From Octopus vulgaris (taxonomy: Eukaryota): DNA of 64,000 bases. Shown in pieces: positions 54,766 to 64,000 of the stretch. Position numbers and translations under genes: made by a program. The notes beneath the pieces are model-generated. The model saw only the letters and a list, made by a program, of their open reading frames with translations. It was not told the DNA's origin and did not search any database. Every line of letters begins with the position of its first letter. Within the stretch, counting starts at the first letter, position 1. The stretch lies in assembly GCA_951406725.2 (NCBI GenBank), contig OX597837.1, forward strand, positions 6,510,001 to 6,574,000, given 5' to 3'.

Positions 54766-55068
54766 AGGCGCAATGGCCCAGTGGTTAGAGCAGCGGACAC
54801 GCTGTCGTAGGACCGCGGTTTCGTTTCCCAGTGTGTTTGTTGAGCAAAAGCACCTAAAGCTCCAAGAGGCTCCAGCAGGGGGTGGTGGTGAACCCTGCCG
54901 TACTCTTTCACCACAACTTTCTGTCAGCCTTTCTTCCTCTTTCTGTTGTACCTGTAATTCACTAGGACCGGCTATGTCACATTCTGTGTCACACTGAATC
55001 TCCCTGAGAACTACGTTGAGGTACACGTATCTGTGGAGTGCTCAGCCACTTGCACGTTAGTTTCACTA
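54766..55068 (+). mobile_element. SINE family C, third 3' module
   Basis: Head AGGCGCAATGGCCCAGTGGTTAGAGCAGCGGAC; the body is shared up to TACTCTTTCACCACAACTTTCT, then a different tail follows. Confidence 0.82.
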
Positions 55069-55194
55069 CCTAACTTCTATCATTTAGGCATTCATATAGT
55101 CATACTCGACTTCACCTGAACAGTGGAGTCGATGTAATCATCTAACTCGTCCCTTGTTCCAAAATTCGAAAGTAACATCAGAAATTTCTTTAAT

Positions 55195-55550
55195 GAATTG
55201 AGCTGGCAGAATAGTTAAAGCGTCGGACAAAATGCTTGGCAGCATTTCGTCCATCTTAATGATCTGAGCTCAAATTCTGCCGTGGTCGATTTTGCTTTTC
55301 ATCCCTTTCGCGGTCGATAACGTAAATTCCAGTTAAACACTGAGGTTGCTGTAATAGACGTGTCCCCTTTCTTTGTGCTTTAATTGGGAACCAATACTGT
55401 ATATTCATAAAAGGCAACATGTCCACAGAATCGTTAGCACGCCGGACAAAAACTGCTTAGCGGCATTTCATTTGGATTTACATTCCGAGATCAAAGACTT
55501 TGCCTTTCATCTTTCAGCTTTTTCTGGTCGTTAAAATAGGTATCAATTTA
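55195..55550 (+). mobile_element. Two degenerate SINE family B copies
   Basis: GAGCTGGCAGAA..AAATGCTTGGC..TTTCATCCCTTTCG; CAGAATCGTTAGCACGCCGGAC..TTGCCTTTCATC. Confidence 0.75.
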
Positions 55551-55711
55551 CGATCAAAATTAGAAACCATAGATATTAGATACCATAGATATTTATATCC
55601 ATTAAACGTGTATACCATGTAGTATCGAAAGGTTTGTATCTAAAGATTTAAACGTGATAGCATGAATTCAACTCTTTCACATTATAGGAGGAAAATAGAT
55701 ATAAGTTAACG

Positions 55712-55773
<62 letters not shown>

Positions 55774-56000
55774 GTTGAGGGGATTTGTTCATGTGAGCGT
55801 GTGTCTGCGTGTGCTTGAGAGGAGTAGTTGTATATGTGTACGTGTGTGTGTGTGTGTTTGTGCGTGCACGTGACATATAACATGGAAATTACAGAAACAA
55901 AAAGTGAAAGGAAGAAGGAATACAGAGAGCAAAAAGAAAGAGTAACTCGAGATTTCATTACAGTGCATTTTGTATGCATAAGTATGTATATACACATGTA

Positions 56001-56045
<45 letters not shown>

Positions 56046-56216
56046 GTATATATATATGTGTGTGTGTATTCGTATGCATACACATACGCACAAACAAACA
56101 CACACACATATATATATAGAAATATAGAAATATATGTATATATATATGTGTGTGTATATATATATATATATATACATATACACATATTTTTCATTTTTGG
56201 ATTTGGCTGCAAGATT

Positions 56217-56270
<54 letters not shown>

Positions 56271-56316
56271 TATGTATAATATATATATATACATATATAT
56301 ATATATGTATATATAC

Positions 56317-56349
<33 letters not shown>

Positions 56350-56434
56350 ATAAATATGTAATATATATATATATATATATCTACATATACATATATGTAC
56401 ATATATATATATATGTATATATGTATATACATTC

Positions 56435-56474
<40 letters not shown>

Positions 56475-56759
56475 GTATATATATATGTTCATGCCACACG
56501 TATTTCTTTTAAGTAAGTACCTGAATCCGTTTTCATTTCGTTAGTTTAAGTGACATCAGAAAGAAAAAAAAAAGAAAAAGAAATCCATAAATGAAAAGCA
56601 GTAACAATTTGTTTTTTATTTTGTTGTTCTTTTTATTAACTTTCTTTTTCCGTTCATAACTAATTATATGCTCTTTCTTATAATTAAATTTATCAATATA
56701 GTATCTAAGTGGCAGAGTTGAGATAATGAAATAATCTCCTATTTTTTTATTTCTCTCCC

Positions 56760-56831
<72 letters not shown>

Positions 56832-57087
56832 TCTTTCTCTTTCTCTGTCCTTATATTAAGAAATAAATGAGGAATCGCAAGAAGTAAAATTAAATGAAGT
56901 TAAGGATTAGAACGACGAAAACAAACAAACAAAAATAATAATAAATAAATAAATGACATGAATAACGATGGCACGAAATGTCATTAATTACCCTTAATTA
57001 TTATAATAGAATATTTTTAGGTAGATAGTGTATGCATGCCTACATATGTGTGTGCATCCATATTTCTCTGTATGTATGTACGTATAA

Positions 57088-57168
<81 letters not shown>

Positions 57169-58522
57169 CATATATATATATATTATACATATCATTTTAG
57201 TATATATATATGTTTGTGTGCGAGTGTATACACACATAGCTATATGTACGTAAATAAATATATATAGATATACTTATACATATATACATATAATAATAAT
57301 TTTTAACATTTATATACATGTGTATGTATACACACATAATATTATGTATGTAAATATACATAGATATACATATACACATATACATATATGTGTGTATTTC
57401 TATGTATGTAAGTATATATGTATGTATTACGTACGTACCTACGTATGCATATATATTATACATATAAGAATTTTAGCATTTATTCATATATGTGTCTGTG
57501 TATATACACATAACTATATATATGTAAATATACATAGACATTCATATACATATATACAAAAAGGTGTGTCCTTGTATGTATGTTTGTATGTATGTATGTA
57601 TGTATATATGTATGTATGTATGTATCTCTATCTATCTATGTGTATATGATTGCGAGTGTGTCTGAGTGTGTGCGTGTGAGAATTTGCAGGCAATTTATTG
57701 GTTTTAATCTGCATAAATTTACCAAATTGACACCGGGGCAGAGAGAGAGAGAGAAAGAGAGAGAGAGGTGTTATTCACTTATCAAGCTTATATACATCAA
57801 ATCTAAGAGATTTTTCTTGAGTGGAGTGAATTGGAATTCTCTCGATTCAAAATCAATAGTGTAGACTCACGTAAAAATTACGTATTTTGAAATAGTCTGC
57901 TGTTAAATAAAGAGTAGTTTTAAAGGCTGATAAATTGCAATCACAAATAGCGTACATACACACACGCTCATAGACCTGTCTCACCCACATTTCTGCGTAG
58001 AAGAGAAAAATTGCGTCGATTTCCACCCTTCGATTTCCATTTCTAATTCAAGAAATTGATAACTGTTTGGTCAAAGAGAAAATTATCTGTCAACCGTGCT
58101 TTCAATTTTGTCCACTGTAGAATCTCTTTCATCAAAGTCATCAAGCCCAAGGAAATTGTCTGTCTGTCTTTAACTGAGAAAAGCGGCAGCCGATAATGTG
58201 AATGACCTGTTTTAAGGACTGGAAGGGCTCTCTACGCAACAACACTTGATCAACAAAGCCCCTAAAAGTCAATAATGCTTTCAACTCTCTGTTTAAGCAT
58301 TTATTTGAAGTGGATGATTACAATTTTGTAGAAGGTACTAAAGGTTGGTTGAAGAGGAAATAGTCTATCGTTAGTGCTTTCAATCTTGTCCACACTGTAG
58401 ATCATATTTTGCTAATATAAAAAAAAAACAGAGGATACTTACACTTCCTCCTCTCTCTCTTTCTCTATCTCACTCTCTGCCACTAAATCACCATCTCTCT
58501 CTCTCTTTCACTAAATTTCTCT

Positions 58523-58561
<39 letters not shown>

Positions 58562-58566
58562 AAAAG

Positions 58567-58717
58567 AAGTCACAGTCCGATCTTCGGATTTTACACGCAG
58601 CAAATTCCTTCACTTCAACAATTCTCTGACCATGAACAAGCGCGTGAACAGATATTCCAGCAACTCGAACAAACCCGATGACGTCACATTCATGTCCAGA
58701 GAATCAACCTTGAACAG
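58567..58717 (+). CDS. Candidate host-gene exon (internal 151-nt exon, or first coding exon from ATG 58632)
   Basis: A CT tract plus AAG acceptor at 58566; open frame EVTVRSSDFTRSKFLHFNNSLTMNKRVNRYSSNSNKPDDVTFMSRESTLN(R/S); donor CAG|GTAATG at 58717/58718; unique sequence with higher GC. Protein not recognised. Confidence 0.5.
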
Positions 58718-58936
58718 GTAATGCTTCCACTCCTATTTTTCCGAAGTCGAAATACTTCCAGTATGCACTGTGTGGTCAAGCTCGCTTCGCGACCGCGTGG
58801 ATTGGAGGTCAGTTCCGTTACGTAGGATATTGGTCAAATGTCTTCTACTCTAGACACAGGTCAACTAAAGCCTTGTTCGTTTATTTCGTAAACAGAAACT
58901 GTGTGAAAGCCTGTCGTATCTATGAGTGTATGTCAA

Positions 58937-59332
58937 AGGTGCAGGTGTGGCTGTGTAGTAAGTAGATTGCTTACCAACCACATGGTTCCGGGTTCATTCC
59001 CACTGTATAGTTACTTGGGCAAGTGTCTTCTACTATAGCCTCGGGCCGACCAAAGCCTTGTGAGCGGATTTGATAGACGGAAACTGAAAGAAGCCCATCG
59101 TATATATGTATATATGTATGTATGTGTATATGTTTATGTCTGTGTTTGTCCCCCCACGTGGCTTGACATTCGATGCTGGTGTGTTTTACTTCCCTGCAAC
59201 TTAGTGGTTTGGCAAAAGAGACCGATAGAATAAGTACTAGGCTTCCAAAGAATAAGTCCTGGGGTCGATTTGCTTGACAAAAGGCGGTGCTCCAGCAAGG
59301 CCGCATTCAAATGACTGAAACAAGTAAAAGAG
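58937..59332 (+). mobile_element. SINE family A, full-length (older degenerate copy just upstream at about 58765-58925)
   Basis: Collinear with 49433-49843. Confidence 0.9.
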
Positions 59333-59878
59333 GACTTTTCTGCAGTTTGCTCAACATGCTAAAAAGAGGAGCTAAATTCCCATAAATCACGCATTAATGA
59401 CTTTGCAGATGTCATATCGGGTAGTATGATTTTGCTCTCTTGTTACATAACAAATACGATAGGATGGTCGTATTTGGAATGTAATAACGACAGATCGAAC
59501 ATAGAAGTAAACATGTGCAGCATTTATAGAGAAAACAATAAGAACAACAGCGTTTCTGGACGACTCAACTACAAAAATTCTTACAATGCATATGTCCGAT
59601 AATCATCGTCGAAATGGACGGAGGATTGAGTGTATATATGTATGTATGTGTTGTATGTGTTGTATGTGTGTAAGTATATTTGTGTGCATCTGTGTGAGTA
59701 TCTATGTATGAATGCATGGATACACATTTATGTAAATGTATATTCGTGTGTGCGTGTCTGTGGGGATTTATACACGTCTGTTGTTCAAATGCAAAGATCT
59801 GTACGATTGCGATTTTCCATGCCTGTTAGAGTTTGAATGTGCTTTCGTACTGGTACACATCCGTGGGCTTATATGTTT

Positions 59879-59998
<120 letters not shown>

Positions 59999-60067
59999 CC
60001 TCTCTCTCTTGTTATATATATATATATAATTTTCTATTTATCTCTCTATCAACATAACTATTTGGAT

Positions 60068-60176
60068 GGTTCGGGGCTATAGAGGAAGACACCTGCCCAA
60101 GGTGACGCGTAGCCGAACTGAACCCGGAACCATGTGGTTGCGAAACATGTTTCTTACCAAACAACTACGCCTGCAG
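60068..60176 (-). mobile_element. SINE family A, 5' fragment
   Basis: GAAGACACCTGCCCAAGGTG..CTGAACCCGGAACCATGTGGTTG. Confidence 0.8.
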
Positions 60177-60193
60177 ATATAAATATATATATG

Positions 60194-60229
<36 letters not shown>

Positions 60230-60582
60230 TATGTATATGTATATACATATACATAAATATATATGTAAGTATGTATGTATGTATGTATGCATGTATGTAT
60301 GCATGTATGTATGTATGTATGTATGTATCTATCTATCTATCCATATATATATATTTACATACTCACACACATTTACGAATGTATGTATATATGTACGTAA
60401 ATACACTAGAAAATCGCTTACTATGCCATCCATATATAACCTATCTATGCATAAATCCAGTAAATATATACATAAGTGTGTTCGCAAAGTTGAATATCTA
60501 GGTTTGAACAATATTTCAAGTTTACATGCAAAGATATTCTCAAATAATGCATTTACTCACGCACATGCATGCGCATATATAC

Positions 60583-60637
<55 letters not shown>

Positions 60638-60657
60638 CATACATATATATATATATT

Positions 60658-60704
<47 letters not shown>

Positions 60705-60731
60705 ATATATTTATATATATATATGTATTTA

Positions 60732-60776
<45 letters not shown>

Positions 60777-61127
60777 TGTATGTAGCTGTACGATTCTTAT
60801 TCGCCGAATGCATTTATCAAACTATCACGCGATGTAAGTTGATCTACACGTGATCTCCTTGGTGTGTGTGCGATATACAAGCATACTGATATGTGAAGTT
60901 CCATATATTCATACATACTTACCTACACCTATATCTATACGTATATATACATGTGTGAATGTATGTATAATTATGGATGGAAGCAGCAATACAAATCTTG
61001 TCGCCACTCTCGCCCCCTCATTGTTTCCATCCCTCGAACACCATCTTCGTTTTCTCTCGCAGTACACTCCATGACACGCAATTTGATTTGCATATTGTTA
61101 TAAGCTCTGATAACATACTTTGAATAA

Positions 61128-61439
61128 ATATGATATGATACGATACGATGTGATATGATATGATATGATATGATACGATATATGATATACCATTTTTAAG
61201 AATGTTAGAATATAGATAACAACTGCTTATTCTAGTCGAAATGAACAGCTTGCAGGGACACGACACACACACATACATCCACCCACACATCTACCCACAC
61301 ATCCACACACACACACACACATACACACACACAAATGTATATATATATGCATAGAAACGCATTCATATATGTATATATTTGCATGTAAATATGCATTTAA
61401 ATGCATATTAATGTATATCTAAATCATGTACGTATAATA

Positions 61440-61480
<41 letters not shown>

Positions 61481-61687
61481 CATATACATATACATAGATA
61501 TACATGTGTACATGAGTGTGTGTGATGTGTGTGCGCGTGTGTGAATGTGTGTGTGTCTGTTGTGTGCCTGCAAGCTATTCACTTCGACCAGAATAAGAAG
61601 CTATTATCAATATTCTAACATTATTAAAATTTGTATATCATATCATATCGTAACATATATAAATATCATCATATCACATCATATCGT

Positions 61688-61691
<4 letters not shown>
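61128..61691. repeat. Diverged inverted repeat (~145-bp arms; foldback/MITE-like)
   Basis: AATGTTAGAATA..GATAA..CTTATTCTAGTCGAAATGAACAGCTTGCAGG (about 61200-61256) complements CCTGCAAGCTATTCACTTCGACCAGAATAAG..TTATC..TATTCTAACATT (about 61567-61622); outer (ATATG)n/(CATAT)n arrays. Confidence 0.8.
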
Positions 61692-61761
<70 letters not shown>

Positions 61762-62191
61762 CATACATACATACATATACACATACATACATACATACAT
61801 ATATGGATACATATTTACGATATACGTGTACACATTCATACACAAACGTATATGTGTGTGTGCGCGCGCTCGCGTGTGTTTATGTATTATATAACAGTGT
61901 TGGATTCAGCTTCGTCATGTTGTTAGGCAGGTTTTTATAACATGCTTTGTGTCCCCAAGTAAAGCTGATGCTCTATTTGAGCTTATTGATTGTCAAATGT
62001 AAGCAAACCAAATATTCAAAGCCCATAGATTGCTAAGAAGACCCAAGGCACGTTGTAAATACTTACCTATCCACGTTGAGTAATGGTAAGAAACTATTAC
62101 TAGCTCTTATTCTAGTACAGAGTACACTCAATTACATTTATCTCTCACTGGATGGAGTACTTTTGATTGATGGAACTTATAACGATGTTAC

Positions 62192-62320
62192 CCGTTACTC
62201 TTTTACTCTTTTACTTGTTTCAATCATTTGGCTGCGGCCAAGCTGGTGCACCGCCTTTAATCTCTTTTGCCGAACCGATAGCTACAGGTATGTAAACACA
62301 CCAACATCGGTTGTCAAGCG
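62192..62320 (-). mobile_element. SINE family A, 3' fragment
   Basis: TACTCTTTTACTCTTTTACTTGTTTC tail and ACATCGGTTGTCAAGCG. Confidence 0.8.
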
Positions 62321-64000
62321 TTCAATTTTTAATATAAATAATATCCTATTTTCTAAATTTACTCACACACACACATATAGAGGTAAAGGGATATAGAATC
62401 TTTAAAAAAAATCAAAGTTTATAGGTAAAAATTAAAAGTGGAAGCAGTACAGAATTATGTTCAGAGTTTCTTTTTACTATTTCGTTAATCAGAGAGGAAA
62501 ATTATTTTGATATTTGTTACTTTAAGTGACTTTCGTAAAACATTACCAGTTTCGATTTTTATTTCCATCCTACCAAATATTAAAAATTCAAAGTCAAGGA
62601 ATAGAAAATAAAAATTAAAAGGTACCAATTGAGACAGTTTGTTGTCATGTTCTGGTTGTAGTTAAGACCATGTTTGATAATTTCTCTTAAAGTTCCTTCT
62701 TGTATATGTCGGATACGTAGGGCTTTGGAATAGAGTTCAAGAGGTCAAGTGTCAAAAATTCTATAGAATTGAACAGCAGATTTTTTTAAAATTTAATAGT
62801 AGAATGCTTGAAATAATATTAGACTTCTTTTCTATTCAGAATATGTCCAGCTATATATGTATGCGTATATATTGTGTTGGATATCCGAATAAATAAAAAT
62901 GAAATGAAGGATGGTTGAAAGTTCTGTTCATAATGGATATTTCCTTTGTTGAGTGTAGGTTGGGTTCCACTATGTCAAGCGTACGATTTTATTTTAATTG
63001 TATTCATGAAAGTTTTCGTATAGAATCTCTTTTTGGAATATATGTTGCTTTCAGGAAGAAACTATTTGCCTTTTAGTTTGTGGTCTGTGAGTGTGTAGGG
63101 GGTGCGCGCTCTTTTGCGCGTATACGAGGTTGAAAATATGAATACAAAGAAAATGAATCACTAGAGCAGGTGCACACAAACACACAAACACATACACACA
63201 CATATAATCACACAAACACAAACACACACGCACACACACACACACACACACAAACACGCACAAACAAACACACAAACATACACACACGCAGGAGAAGATA
63301 ATCTATTTATGCACATAAATTTCTATCTTTAGAAAGAGTTCAAGGCTCAGAAACACAGCAAAATTATAAGTGTAAATGTGAACTATAACTCCTTATTTAT
63401 TGACTAATGGTGGATGACTCCATATTATAATGATTTTATATTTGTTAATGAATTATGCTTTTTTATTTATTAATTGTTGTTGGGTGAAATATCCTGAAGT
63501 TGGATAAGTCCATTCCTGCATAAGCAGAAATATGATTGCTTAAGAGAATTTTCCTTGTATTCTTTTCTCGGATCTGTTGGCGGTGAATCGTCATTCGTTT
63601 GCTTGATGACACGCCCATCTGTTTTGTGCAATGTTGCTGACAACCACCAACTGTTCTCCACTGATGAAATACATCAGTGATCAGATGTCCCTGATCGAAT
63701 CTACAGGACAGTATTGATAATGAATAAATACGTTTTTGTTTGGATTGTCAAGAAGAAAAAAACTAAAGATCCGTTTCCTTTAAGACTGATTTTGTATAGA
63801 CTGAGGTTGTTTTAAAAATCTAAACTAAATTCCTAGAGTGAAAACTATCACCGACTTACCCACTACTAAAAGCAAGAACTTTCACAACCACAACCACCAC
63901 CACCACAACGTCTACAAAATTCACCAACGCCATCAAATAAGATATTAGCGTCAAATTGATATACAAAAAAGTCTATATAAAAATCAATAAATAAAATATA

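Noticed and set aside
62400-63050. Possible PLE RT N-terminal relic on the minus strand (IIKHGLNYN)
   Set aside because: A single short motif among many stops; not supportable without a search.
63650-63712. CTGATGA within a three-hairpin structure
   Set aside because: The core is sequestered in CACTGATG/CATCAGTG, GAAA is GAAT, and there is no stem III.

Overview
AT-rich, microsatellite-saturated eukaryotic DNA with no intact gene. The SINE families and repeat landscape suggest an octopus/coleoid cephalopod (inference). Nearly all ORF-track entries are translations of (TA)n, (TAA)n, (TATC)n, (CA)n or (CATA)n tracts. The real content is: (1) restriction-like-endonuclease (R4/Dong-type) non-LTR retrotransposon fragments, several sitting in (TAA)n; (2) Penelope-like element (PLE) remnants, including GIY-YIG fragments and terminal repeats, mostly abutting (TA)n; (3) three tRNA-derived SINE families; (4) mariner and Tc1/maT transposase relics; (5) one plausible host exon at about 58567-58717. 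The most striking signal is a varied set of hammerhead ribozyme (HHR) motifs in the PLE-type repeats. These are a canonical type I HHR duplicated in a 280-bp inverted repeat, a G3:C8 core-covariant HHR, an A6U variant, and a candidate non-circularly permuted HHR seen in two diverged copies with compensatory changes. All folds were derived by eye and are untested. Boundaries of degenerate repeats are approximate.
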